A stretch of 64,000 bases of DNA from Pseudomonadota bacterium. Lineage in GTDB: Bacteria; Pseudomonadota; Gammaproteobacteria; Pseudomonadales; UBA7434. Positions 1 through 9,500 of this stretch are shown piece after piece; the first letter of the stretch is position 1; the number at the start of each line of letters is the position of its first letter. Below the pieces are notes generated by a model, which was not told where the DNA came from, did no database searches, and saw nothing but the letters and a program-made list of their open reading frames with translations. A program made the position numbers and the translations under genes. Location of the stretch: positions 2,794-66,793 of the forward strand of contig JAYYUJ010000011.1 of NCBI GenBank assembly GCA_036344075.1, read 5' to 3'.

Positions 1-509
1 TAATTTAATCATTGCATAGGCATCAGTTAATGAAGAAGGCTCATTACAAACCACAATCAATGCTTCTTGTGCAGCTCGAATAAACTGGATCACGGAGTCT
101 GAGATACCAGCGGCCGTATCAATCACTAAAGTGTCGATTGAATCGGCAAAGTCGCTAAAGGCATGAACTAAAACTGCATGTTGCTGACTAGTCAGATTCA
201 CCATGGACTGGGTACCAGAACTGGCTGGAATAATACGAATATTATCAGGGCCATCCAAGGCTACGTCCTGCAAATCACAAGTGCCTGAATAAACATCCTC
301 TAGATTTCGTTGAGCTTTTAGTCCCAACAAAACGTCAATATTAGCCAAACCTAAATCAGCATCAAGTATCATCACTCTTTGATTTAGACGTGAAAGACAA
401 ACGCTTAAGTTTATTGAGAGAGTAGACTTGCCAACGCCGCCTTTTCCACCAGAAATAGCAATAACGCGAGTATAATGACTTTGACTACTTTCACGATGGA
501 TTTTTGACT
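1..509 (-). CDS. flhG: Flagellar number regulator FlhG/FleN (MinD/ParA-type ATPase). N-terminal ~170 codons only; the gene runs off the left edge.
   Basis: Not in the ORF track because there is no stop in the window. My minus-strand translation from GTG (507-509) gives VNAKSKIH..TRVIAISGGKGGVGKSTLSINLS..MILDADLGLANIDVLLG..LVIDTAAG. This carries the deviant Walker A motif KGGVGKS. The gene lies directly downstream of flhF. The start codon is uncertain. Confidence 0.85.
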
Positions 510-549
510 TAGCATTCACTGGATAAGAATCTCAAGGTCAAGGTGAAAA

Positions 550-1812
550 TCAAGATAATGATGCCCCAGTTGCACTTGACTGACAACTGGAATAATCCTC
601 ACCTAGCTTTAACATTAATTCAGAGGCCGTTGGTCTATAAATGTTATGCGGCAATAACTTTCCATCACTGAAATAATGTACACATATTTGCTGAGTCATT
701 AACGTACAAAGAAGCTCTCCTATGGCATCAACTTGATCGATGTTAGACAAAATACAGCCAATTGTATTGGGTGTAACATAATCAGTGATAGCTTTCTTGC
801 ACCAGCGGTGATCGCCGGTCGCTGGCAAAACAATAAAACTCTTAATTTTCTCGAGGCTAGCCAAGTACTGAAGATCTTTTTGCTGTTGAGGCACATCTTG
901 ATTAAGGCCTGAAGTATCAATTAATACCAGTCGCCGCATGGAACATTGCGCCAACCTATCGGCCAAAGTATTTTTCCTATCGACAAGATAAACGGGTATT
1001 TTAGTCATCGCAGATAGCCGATGGAGCGATTCGGCTTCACTCGAAACAGAAATAACTGCAATGTCATCGACCGAATGATCAAGTAACCAGCGGGTAGCCA
1101 GTTTCATCAATGCTGACGTTTTACCGGCGCCACTGGGGCCAACAAATGCAAACATGCCACCCTTGGATAGTGCATCTTCCCTTGCGGCAGGCATGTTTGC
1201 ATGCAATTTATCCAAACACAGCGACCACGCATATGTCAGTCTACATTCACCGTCATCAAAACTAGCTAACTGAGCATCAATATCAATTCCTTCGGCTAAA
1301 GGCCTAGCCATATCTAGAGTAAAACCTAAGTCTAATAAGCGGTTTAATACACGATACTGAATGGGTCGAGAAAATATAGTGTCGTAACTCTCCAGACCTT
1401 GCACTTTTTCTTCAAGCATTTGCTTCACTTGCTGTAATTCACGCTGTAACTCTTCAAAGCCACTAAACTGCTCATAGGGGCCTTTCATCTCACCGATTGA
1501 TGCCGCCAATCGGGCCGCAGGGGTCGCCAAATCAACGGTTTCATCAATTGCCACTTCACTTGAGTCATCAGGCATAGCTATTCGATCCGATTGACGCCGC
1601 AGATTCGATCGACGATCGCCGGCCTGACGATGAAGGCTACTTGCCAAATGCTTCTCCCCCGCGGGTAAGGCAACAACCTCAACACCCTCTTCCACTTTTC
1701 TAGACGACAGAAGAATCGCTTCTGGGCCCAGAGTCTCATTCAGTTTACGAATAGCGCGGCTCATATCTTTAGCAACAAAACGTTGCTCCTTACTGATCGT
1801 TGTGGCCTGCAT
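550..1812 (-). CDS. flhF: Flagellar biosynthesis GTPase FlhF (SRP-like)
   Basis: 420-aa ORF. It has the G1 motif GPSGAGKTS and the G3 motif LIDTSG. The N-terminus RFVAKDMSRAIRKLNETLGPEAILLS is typical of FlhF. It sits between flhA and flhG. Confidence 0.9.
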   Translation of the reverse strand: MQATTISKEQRFVAKDMSRAIRKLNETLGPEAILLSSRKVEEGVEVVALPAGEKHLASSLHRQAGDRRSNLRRQSDRIAMPDDSSEVAIDETVDLATPAARLAASIGEMKGPYEQFSGFEELQRELQQVKQMLEEKVQGLESYDTIFSRPIQYRVLNRLLDLGFTLDMARPLAEGIDIDAQLASFDDGECRLTYAWSLCLDKLHANMPAAREDALSKGGMFAFVGPSGAGKTSALMKLATRWLLDHSVDDIAVISVSSEAESLHRLSAMTKIPVYLVDRKNTLADRLAQCSMRRLVLIDTSGLNQDVPQQQKDLQYLASLEKIKSFIVLPATGDHRWCKKAITDYVTPNTIGCILSNIDQVDAIGELLCTLMTQQICVHYFSDGKLLPHNIYRPTASELMLKLGEDYSSCQSSATGASLS

Positions 1813-1849
1813 CTTAATCTCCTTTTTGGGTCATACTAAACAGCGCGGA

Positions 1850-3961
1850 TCAACCCGCTGTCGCCTCAATAGTCACTTGTTTATCATCGGGGATTTCGTT
1901 ATAAGACAATACGTGCAATGCATGCGTGCTAAAACGTACAAACTTGGCCAGAATTGGCCTTAAAATTGCGGGCACTAATAGCACCGCTGGACTGCCCTTC
2001 ATTATCTGAGACTGTGCTGCATCATTTATCGAGCGCTGTAATTGCTCTGCCAAACCTGGCTCAAGCGTCACATCATCAACATTGTTCGATGTAGCAGAAC
2101 TCATTAACATCTGCTCCATCGCTGGCGCTAAAGTGATAACGGATAAATTAGAAGAAGTGCCAAAAACTTCTTGGATAATTGCACGCGATAAGGCGACTCT
2201 GACTAACTCAATCAACTGGCCAGCTTCTTGATTAACAGCCGCATTCGCGACAATCGTCTCTGCTATCGTTCTAAAGTCACGCACTGGTACTTGCTCCGCA
2301 AGTAAGCCTTTCAACACTTTTAATAACTGCCCCATGCTCAAGGTGTCAGGAACTAAGGTTTCGACTAGCTTTGGTGAGTAACGCGCAAGACGATCTAACA
2401 TTTGTTGTAACTCTTCGTGGCCTAATAGCTCATGAATGTGTTTTTGTAAAAGCGTGTTCATATGAGTAGCAATAACCGTACTGGCATCAACCACGGTATA
2501 ACCTAATGTTTGAGCATGATCTTTGACACTATTCTCTACCCATACAGCATCTAAACCAAATGCCGGGTCTTTGATTTGAACGCCCTCAATATCGCCAAAT
2601 ACTTGACCGGGATTAATCGCTAAATACTTATCTGGGAAGACCTCAGACTCGGCAATGCTGACACCCATTAAGGAAATTCGGTAAGCATTAGGCTGAAGAT
2701 CTAAATTATCGCGAATATGCACGGAGGAGATAAGAAAACCAATTTCTTGAGACAGCTTTTTTCGAATGCCTTTTATCCTACTAAGCAGCTCTGCCGATTG
2801 GTTTTTATCGACCATAGGAATTAATCGATACCCCACCTCGAGCCCAATCATGTCAACCGGTACTACATCATCCCAAGCCAAATCAGCCCCGAGGCCTTGT
2901 GCCTGTTCAGAGGCTATTAGTTGTTGAGCCTGCTGTTGATCAACGCTGCTTTGCTCTTGCTTGAGGATTTTACGCTGAATAAGTACTGCACCAAAGACAC
3001 AGACCACTGCCAAGCTAAGGAAGGCAAAGTGTGGCATGCCAGGAATAATACCAATGATGGTCAAAATCAAAGCGGCAACCGTCAATGCTTTCGGCGAGGC
3101 GAACATCTGATCAACGACCTGCTCTCGCATATCACTTTCACTGTTCACCCGGGTGACCATAATTGCCGCCGCCGTTGATAATAGTAAAGACGGGATCTGA
3201 GCAACCAGCCCATCGCCAATAGTCAGTAAGGTGTAGACCTGCATCGCATTATTGAAGGATAGATCATGCTGCAGCATGCCGATGCCAATGCCGCCTAGGA
3301 TATTAATCAATAAAATTAATATGCCTGCAATGGCATCACCCCGTACGAATTTACTAGCGCCATCCATTGCTCCATAAAAATCGGCTTCACTGCCGACTTC
3401 TTGGCGCCTTAACTTCGCTTCTTCCTGAGTAAGAATGCCTGCATTTAAGTCCGCATCAATGGCCATTTGTTTGCCGGGCATGGCATCGAGGGTAAATCGT
3501 GCACTGACTTCGGATATTCGACCAGCACCCTTAGTTACAACGACAAAATTAATAATCATCAAGATTAAAAACACTACCAGACCAACGACATAATTCCCGC
3601 CGATCACAACCTCACCAAATGACTGTATAACTTTACCCGCAGCATCACTACCGGTATGCCCTTCAAGCAAAACAACCCGTGTAGAGGCTACGTTTAAGGC
3701 TAAACGAAGCAATGTAGCGATTAATAAGATAGCGGGGAAAACAGCAAAATCTAGCGGCCGTAAGGCATAGACCGATACCAGTAGCACAACGATGGATAGA
3801 GCAATATTGAAAGAAAAAAGCGTATCGAGTAGAAATGGCGAGACCGGCAAAGTCATCATTCCAAGAATCGTCAATAGCAGTAACGGCACGCCAAGGTTGC
3901 CCTGTGCTGCATAGCCAAATCGTGAAATTGTTTGCTCAGTCGTCAAAACAAGGTATCTCAA
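1850..3961 (-). CDS. flhA: Flagellar export apparatus protein FlhA
   Basis: 703 aa. The N-terminal TM domain reads GNLGVPLLLLTILGMMTLPVSPFLLD..FNIALSIVVLL. It has the conserved FHIPEP region and a large cytoplasmic C-domain. The apparent start is TTG. Confidence 0.95.
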   Translation of the reverse strand: MRYLVLTTEQTISRFGYAAQGNLGVPLLLLTILGMMTLPVSPFLLDTLFSFNIALSIVVLLVSVYALRPLDFAVFPAILLIATLLRLALNVASTRVVLLEGHTGSDAAGKVIQSFGEVVIGGNYVVGLVVFLILMIINFVVVTKGAGRISEVSARFTLDAMPGKQMAIDADLNAGILTQEEAKLRRQEVGSEADFYGAMDGASKFVRGDAIAGILILLINILGGIGIGMLQHDLSFNNAMQVYTLLTIGDGLVAQIPSLLLSTAAAIMVTRVNSESDMREQVVDQMFASPKALTVAALILTIIGIIPGMPHFAFLSLAVVCVFGAVLIQRKILKQEQSSVDQQQAQQLIASEQAQGLGADLAWDDVVPVDMIGLEVGYRLIPMVDKNQSAELLSRIKGIRKKLSQEIGFLISSVHIRDNLDLQPNAYRISLMGVSIAESEVFPDKYLAINPGQVFGDIEGVQIKDPAFGLDAVWVENSVKDHAQTLGYTVVDASTVIATHMNTLLQKHIHELLGHEELQQMLDRLARYSPKLVETLVPDTLSMGQLLKVLKGLLAEQVPVRDFRTIAETIVANAAVNQEAGQLIELVRVALSRAIIQEVFGTSSNLSVITLAPAMEQMLMSSATSNNVDDVTLEPGLAEQLQRSINDAAQSQIMKGSPAVLLVPAILRPILAKFVRFSTHALHVLSYNEIPDDKQVTIEATAG

Positions 3962-4025
3962 TAAAAGATCAGAATCATCAAGGGTGACGCATTATTGACA
4001 CCCTAAGCCTGTATTAAGCTAATGT

Positions 4026-4041
4026 TGCAAGAACCAAACCA
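4026..4041 (-). promoter_or_regulatory. Weak sigma54-type promoter candidate upstream of flhA
   Basis: The minus strand reads TGGTTTGGTTCTTGCA. GG and GC have the canonical -24/-12 spacing and the -12 TTGCA is perfect, but the -24 element is poor. It lies 65 nt upstream of the flhA start, in the flhB-flhA gap. Confidence 0.3.
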
Positions 4042-4090
4042 AGTGTTCACAAAAGTCACGCTATTGATTGTTTTTAAACAGTTTTGTCGA

Positions 4091-5260
4091 TTAAAGCTCA
4101 AGATCGCCAAACGCATCGAATTGTAGCTCCTCGGGAATCTCTATTTGCCGGTTTAATTCACTGTTTCGAATAGGCCCAGATGATGGCCGATACGAGGGTC
4201 GCTGGCGTAACTGATAGATATAAGCCAGGACCTGAGCGACCGCAAGATAGAGCTTAGCCGGAATCACTTCATCAATTTCAGTACTATAGAAAATAGCACG
4301 CGTTAATGGTGGAGACTGCATAATGGGCACCTGATGAGCGACCGCAACCTCACGAATTTTGATTGCTATTTGATCAGCTCCTTTGGCAACAACCACAGGT
4401 GCAGACAAGCCCTCAGGGTCATACTTCAAAGCAACAGAGAAATGTTCTGGGTTGGTAATAATGACATCAGCGTCGGGGATAGCTGCCATCATTCTGGCCT
4501 GTGCCAATTCCCGCTGTAGTTGACGGATTCGGCTTTTAACCTCAGGCTTACCTTCTGAATCTTTAAGCTCGTCTTTGACTTGCTGGCGGGTCATTTTCAA
4601 TTTTTGCGCATTATCAAAGATCTGAAAAGGCACATCCACGAGCGCTATAAGTACAGTAGCTGCACTCATGCCAATAGCAGACCAAATAATAATCCAGCTC
4701 GCATGATGAATTGCGGGCCGAATCGATTGTTGGCCAATAGAAAGCAAATCACCTTTCATTTGATACAAGATCAAACTAGCCACCATCGCAACTAATAAAA
4801 ACTTTGCAGTGGCCTTAAATAACTCAACTAAGGACTTGAGCGAGAACATCCTTTTAAGCCCGGCGATGGGGTTAAGACGGCTTAAATTGGGCTGAATAGG
4901 CTTGGCTGAAAAAATCCAACCCCCTAAGCCTATAGCCCCCAAAGCACCAGATAGCATCAATAAAAACAAAATAATGCCTACCACAGCCACTAAGGCTTCT
5001 ACCGAGATCGATAAGTGAGTCAACATCCTGCTGGGATCCATCGCCGACACGCGATCGAAATCAAAGTTAGTGAGCATGACTGATTGAATTTGACGACTGA
5101 GATTAGCTCCGAAGATAAACACAGAAAAGCCACCCGTCATTAACAGTAGCGTAGTGCCTAATTCACGCGATCGAGCGACTTGACCCTCTTCTCTGGCTTT
5201 TTCAAGCCGTTTAAAGGTCGCATCCTCAGTCTTTTCTTGGCCGTTCTCTTGTTCTGCCAT
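4091..5260 (-). CDS. flhB: Flagellar export switch protein FlhB
   Basis: 389 aa with four TM segments. The autocleavage loop reads ITNPEHFSVALKY (NPEH variant of NPTH). The N-terminus EKTEDATFKRLEKAREEGQVARSRE is typical of FlhB. Confidence 0.95.
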   Translation of the reverse strand: MAEQENGQEKTEDATFKRLEKAREEGQVARSRELGTTLLLMTGGFSVFIFGANLSRQIQSVMLTNFDFDRVSAMDPSRMLTHLSISVEALVAVVGIILFLLMLSGALGAIGLGGWIFSAKPIQPNLSRLNPIAGLKRMFSLKSLVELFKATAKFLLVAMVASLILYQMKGDLLSIGQQSIRPAIHHASWIIIWSAIGMSAATVLIALVDVPFQIFDNAQKLKMTRQQVKDELKDSEGKPEVKSRIRQLQRELAQARMMAAIPDADVIITNPEHFSVALKYDPEGLSAPVVVAKGADQIAIKIREVAVAHQVPIMQSPPLTRAIFYSTEIDEVIPAKLYLAVAQVLAYIYQLRQRPSYRPSSGPIRNSELNRQIEIPEELQFDAFGDLEL

Positions 5261-5319
5261 CGCTCTTCACTGACGGTTTTACGTCATCTTTTCGCCAATA
5301 AGGGCCTTATTGTTGAGTC

Positions 5320-5335
5320 TGCAATAACGAGGCCA
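5320..5335 (-). promoter_or_regulatory. sigma54 (RpoN) promoter candidate for flhB-flhA-flhF-flhG
   Basis: The minus strand reads TGGCCTCGTTATTGCA, compared with the consensus TGGCAC-N5-TTGCA. The GG/GC spacing is correct. The -12 element is about 60 nt upstream of the flhB ATG (5260). Confidence 0.5.
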
Positions 5336-5498
5336 ATCTTAAAAAAAACCATAAACCGAAAAAATAACGATTTGCCTGATCGTTACAGTTATTTAAAACC
5401 AATTACAAGCCACTTTTGGTTTACCATAGCAATCAAAACACTAAAGCTATAAAGCAGTGGCATCGCAACAATGAAATCAAGCTTGCAAGGATATCGAG

Positions 5499-6665
5499 AT
5501 GTATTTCGATTTTGACTATTACTACAAAGTCCTAAAACATGTCTGGGGACTGAAGAGCTGGCCACATCGACGAAAAACGCTGTTTAAATTACTGGTGATT
5601 GTTCCCCTTGAAAGCAGCTTTCATGCCGTTTTCTTTCTGCTGGACTATGTCTTATTTCCAAAACTCTGGCTGCAGAAGATAAGCCAACCGATCTTCATTA
5701 TTGGTCATGCAAGAAGCGGCACAACACTCATGCATCGATTAATGTCAGCTGACGGTGATAAATTTAATGACTTTTTATATTGGGAAATGTTCTTTCCTTC
5801 TTTAACTGAAAAAAAACTTATTCGTCTCATGGGTTGGATCGATCAACACATTTTTGGCGGGCCAATTAAAAGGCGCTTGGTCAAGCTCGATGATGATCTA
5901 TTTGGCCCCTATCGTCATATGCACTATATGAGTTTCTGGAACGCTGAGGAAGATCAGTTTTCAATGCGCGCCGCCTTCGTCACACAGCAATGGTCGACTG
6001 ACATTCCCTTAATGGAAGTCATTGACATGTTCCATGTTGATAGCATGCCTAACAAGAAGAAACGCTGGATGAACCACTATAAAGAAATCGTTAAGCGACA
6101 ACTCTTATTAAATGGCGGCCAAGCAATTCACTTAAGTAAAAACCCTGTGATGTGTGGCTGGACTGAAACTTTAATTGAAGCATTTCCGGATGCGAAAATT
6201 ATTGTTATGGTGCGCAACCCCTTAGAGTGCATACCCAGCCTTCTAAAATTAGTGGAAGTTAGCTGGCAAGGGAAGAGTTGGCAAAAAGAAGATTATGCAA
6301 GATCATTAGAGTTGCTGACGCAAACCTGCTATGAAAGCTTCACCCACCCTAAAGCTGTGCTAGAAAAGCATCCGCATGTGCCACATATGCTGGTCGACTA
6401 CCGCCATTTAACGACAGAGCCCAGACAGACCATTCATGAACTTTATAAAAACTTAGAAATGAACGTATCCGAACAATACGACCAGTATTTAATCGAGCAT
6501 GAGCAAAAAGAAAAATCACATAAAACCCACTTCCGCTATAGTATTGAGGAATACGATGGTCTCTCGGTTGAAAAAATCGAGCAACAGCTTGATGAATTTT
6601 TCACGCTTTACAACTGGGACCGACCTTCAGAAAACGCCGATATCATTGGCAGCAATTCCAACTAG
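5499..6665 (+). CDS. PAPS-type sulfotransferase family protein (Sulfotransfer_3-like)
   Basis: 388 aa. The 5'-PSB loop reads IIGHARSGTTLMHRLM and the 3'-PB-like motif reads VRNPLECIPSLL. It is a paralogue of the ORF at 56335-57537. Confidence 0.75.
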   Translation: MYFDFDYYYKVLKHVWGLKSWPHRRKTLFKLLVIVPLESSFHAVFFLLDYVLFPKLWLQKISQPIFIIGHARSGTTLMHRLMSADGDKFNDFLYWEMFFPSLTEKKLIRLMGWIDQHIFGGPIKRRLVKLDDDLFGPYRHMHYMSFWNAEEDQFSMRAAFVTQQWSTDIPLMEVIDMFHVDSMPNKKKRWMNHYKEIVKRQLLLNGGQAIHLSKNPVMCGWTETLIEAFPDAKIIVMVRNPLECIPSLLKLVEVSWQGKSWQKEDYARSLELLTQTCYESFTHPKAVLEKHPHVPHMLVDYRHLTTEPRQTIHELYKNLEMNVSEQYDQYLIEHEQKEKSHKTHFRYSIEEYDGLSVEKIEQQLDEFFTLYNWDRPSENADIIGSNSN

Positions 6666-6673
6666 GATAAATT

Positions 6674-7525
6674 ATGGATGAATTAAACGGTAAAGTAGCA
6701 CTCATAACCGGCGCATCAAGAGGCATAGGCAGAGCGATTGCTTATCGATTTGCTGCCGAAGGCGCCAAAGTGATTGCCGTCGCATCACGATTAGGCAGTC
6801 ACGGCAATCTTCAAGGGACTTTAGAAGAAACAGTAGCCACCATTCAAGCCAATGGCGGCCAAGCGCAGGCCATTGCCTGCGATCTCTGTGACAGTGAGGC
6901 GAGGCAAACCTTGATCGAGCGTGCGACAACCATATTTGGTTCGATCGACATTTTAGTCAACAATGCGGCGGGGGCAAAAATGCAGTTGCCCAGTCTGTCG
7001 ACCAGTTCTGAACGAAGCTGGATGTTTGATTTAAATTTAAATGCGCCTATTGACCTTGCCCAGCAATTACTGCCATCGCTACGGGAGAAAAAAAACGGCT
7101 GGATTTTAAATATCAGTAGTGCAACGGCTTTTCAACCGAACGTCCCCTATCGTGATAGCCCGCAAGCTGCGCATATTTGTGTTGCCTATGGCGCGACAAA
7201 GGCCGCTTTAGACCGCTACACAGAAGGTCTTTCACATGAAGTATATGGCGATCATATTTACATGAACACCTTAGCACCCGAAGCTATCGTGCTCACAGAA
7301 GGGGCTAGCTACGTGATTGATATTGCGAAAAAGAACCCTGATATGGTTGAACCTATTGAGGTGATGATAGAGGCAGCATTAGAACTCTGTACCGGTAAGC
7401 ATATCGGGCAAGTCTGCTACAGTCGACAATTATTGCACAGCACCGACAGAGCGGTTAAAAGTCTTGATGGAAAGCAAACCATCGGCGATGCCTTTATGCT
7501 TGCTGACATAAACAATATTCATTAA
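6674..7525 (+). CDS. Short-chain dehydrogenase/reductase (classical SDR)
   Basis: 283 aa. It has the motifs TGASRGIGRAIA, NNAA and YGATKAAL (catalytic YxxxK). Confidence 0.85.
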   Translation: MDELNGKVALITGASRGIGRAIAYRFAAEGAKVIAVASRLGSHGNLQGTLEETVATIQANGGQAQAIACDLCDSEARQTLIERATTIFGSIDILVNNAAGAKMQLPSLSTSSERSWMFDLNLNAPIDLAQQLLPSLREKKNGWILNISSATAFQPNVPYRDSPQAAHICVAYGATKAALDRYTEGLSHEVYGDHIYMNTLAPEAIVLTEGASYVIDIAKKNPDMVEPIEVMIEAALELCTGKHIGQVCYSRQLLHSTDRAVKSLDGKQTIGDAFMLADINNIH

Positions 7526-7554
7526 CTACCTAATAATTCAGACTAGAGCAAGAT

Positions 7555-8439
7555 ATGAAAAACACATTAGGAAAACTCGGCGTTTGGAGCTTTATCGATA
7601 ATTACAGTGCCACTGAAGCGGCAGAATTTGCACAAAAAGTTGAAGCTTGGGGCTACTCGGCACTGTGGTTACCTGAAGCCGTTGGGCGCGATCCCTTCAG
7701 TATCATTGGCTATTTAGCAGGACAAACGACAAAACTGGTTTTTGCCACCGGCATCGCTAATATTTATGCGCGTGACCCGATGGCGACCAATGCCGCTAGA
7801 AAGACGCTTGGTGAACTAGCGCCCGGCCGATTCATTCTTGGTCTAGGTGTTTCACATGCGCCAATGGTGAGTGATTTACGTGGTCATGATTATAAAAAAC
7901 CAGTCACGCAAATGCGTTCTTATTTAGAGCGAATGGAATCAGCCTTTTATATGGGGCCCGAGGCCGAACAGCAAGCGCCCATTTTACTTGGTGCGCTTCG
8001 AACCAATATGCTGAAGCTGTCTGCCGAAGAAGCCCAGGGCACACACCCCTATTTTGTCACTGCAGAGCATACTGCTAAGGCAAGGGAATTGATTGGCGAT
8101 AAGGCTCTACTCTGCCCTGAGCAAGCTGTTTTATTGGAGACAGATAGCGAAAAAGCACGGTTTGCCGCTAGACAGCATATGGGCACCTATTTAAGCCTGC
8201 CAAATTATCGGAATAATTTATTAGAGTTAGGATTTAACAATGATGACTTCGAAAATGGCGGCAGTGATCGCTTAGTCGATGCCATTGTTGCCTGGGGCGA
8301 TGAGGACACTATTTGCACAAGGATTGAAGAACACTGGCAAGCCGGGGCAGATCATGTTTGCATTCAGGCACTGAGAACCGATGGTGAGATGGCTCCCGAT
8401 ACCGAACTACTGGCGCTGCTAGCACCTAATCAACAATAA
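7555..8439 (+). CDS. Luciferase-like (LLM class) flavin/F420-family oxidoreductase
   Basis: 294 aa. The TIM-barrel LLM signature regions read LWLPEAVGRDPFS and GLGVSHAPMV, and the C-terminus reads GADHVCIQ. It resembles the small LLM subfamilies annotated as F420-dependent. The cofactor cannot be told from sequence. Confidence 0.65.
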   Translation: MKNTLGKLGVWSFIDNYSATEAAEFAQKVEAWGYSALWLPEAVGRDPFSIIGYLAGQTTKLVFATGIANIYARDPMATNAARKTLGELAPGRFILGLGVSHAPMVSDLRGHDYKKPVTQMRSYLERMESAFYMGPEAEQQAPILLGALRTNMLKLSAEEAQGTHPYFVTAEHTAKARELIGDKALLCPEQAVLLETDSEKARFAARQHMGTYLSLPNYRNNLLELGFNNDDFENGGSDRLVDAIVAWGDEDTICTRIEEHWQAGADHVCIQALRTDGEMAPDTELLALLAPNQQ

Positions 8440-8466
8440 TCCGTCGATAAACTAAGACCTAAAAGC

Positions 8467-9366
8467 TTAACTTTTTATAGCGCCCGCTTTCTCTACCATG
8501 GCGCGGATGCCGTCCTGCCATGTCACTGTAGCGGAACCAATGGCTTGACACATTTTAGTATTGTCGGTCTTTACACTCTCAAGCGTATCACTGGTCACTC
8601 TAAAGTTAGCTGTTAGCCCGGTTAACGATTCGATATAAGCCACCCACTCCTCAATACTCACATGTTCTTGTCCGCTGAAATTAAAAATCTCAGCAGGAAC
8701 AGATGCATGCGCCAAAAATTTAGGGGCAAGACGGTTAATGTCATCTTGATGAATCAAGGTATATTCGGAAGGGCCATCACTATGAACAGCAATATCAATA
8801 TTATGCTGCATCATCATTAAATGATAAAAAGGCCAGCCGCTTTCTCCGTAAGGGGTATTAAGTCGTGCGATAACCGTTGGCAAGTTATACTCCTGAGCAC
8901 AAAATCGAACCACTGCCTCAACCGCAATTTTTCCAATACTATAAGTCGGCATCATAGCGCGATGGTTATCGCCTAAAGACGAGACCTCGGTCAATAAGTC
9001 ATGCCCAACTGATTGGTAAACGCCCGAAGTTGAGCAGTGAAAAAATGCTTTTGCATCACGACAATAACTCATTAACTTGCCTGTCGCTTCAGCATTAGCA
9101 GTTAATTCCATTTCAAAATCGTCTTCTTTTATCCGTGCAACGGCAAAGTGAAAAACCGCATCAAAATCGGTAGGCAAATCACCGTATTCACCGTCACAGA
9201 GGTCAACCACGCGACAATGCACACCTGCGGCTTCTAGAGCAACCCTTTTATCGGTATCGCCAAAGCGAGCAATCGCCCAAACCTCGTTATTTTCAGCGTG
9301 GTGCAAGGCAAATGGAAAGCCGACTTGGCCCGTCACACCGGTAATAAGTATTTTCTGATGGTTCAT
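8467..9366 (-). CDS. NAD-dependent epimerase/dehydratase (extended SDR)
   Basis: The Rossmann motif reads ILITGVTGQVG and the catalytic motif reads YSIGKIAVE (YxxxK). I trimmed the start to the ATG at 9366 (MNHQKILITG), which follows GGAG. The ORF track extends to 9414. The gene is co-oriented with fliR and lies directly downstream of it. Confidence 0.75.
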   Translation of the reverse strand: MNHQKILITGVTGQVGFPFALHHAENNEVWAIARFGDTDKRVALEAAGVHCRVVDLCDGEYGDLPTDFDAVFHFAVARIKEDDFEMELTANAEATGKLMSYCRDAKAFFHCSTSGVYQSVGHDLLTEVSSLGDNHRAMMPTYSIGKIAVEAVVRFCAQEYNLPTVIARLNTPYGESGWPFYHLMMMQHNIDIAVHSDGPSEYTLIHQDDINRLAPKFLAHASVPAEIFNFSGQEHVSIEEWVAYIESLTGLTANFRVTSDTLESVKTDNTKMCQAIGSATVTWQDGIRAMVEKAGAIKS

Positions 9367-9500
9367 TGTCTTAACTCCACGGTAACGATTATTAATGGCG
9401 CCATGATACAACAACCACGATCCGGTAGTGTTACTATCACGAAGGGAATAACTTCAAGCCATCCCTATTAAAATCACATATAACCGTCCAAGCCAGAACA

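Noticed and set aside
2921-3178. Many 60-117-aa ORFs are nested antisense or out of frame inside larger genes. Examples are 720-920, 2921-3178, 4334-4795, 16564-16896, 28964-29317, 35901-36257, 52453-52803, 53771-54070 and 58282-58629.
   Set aside because: They are shadow ORFs of strongly supported genes on the opposite strand or in another frame. None has a recognisable domain or an independent RBS.
4430-4445. The FlhB autocleavage site reads NPEH instead of NPTH
   Set aside because: As far as I recall, NPEH is a known natural variant of the NP(T/E)H loop in FlhB homologues, so it is not evidence of dysfunction.
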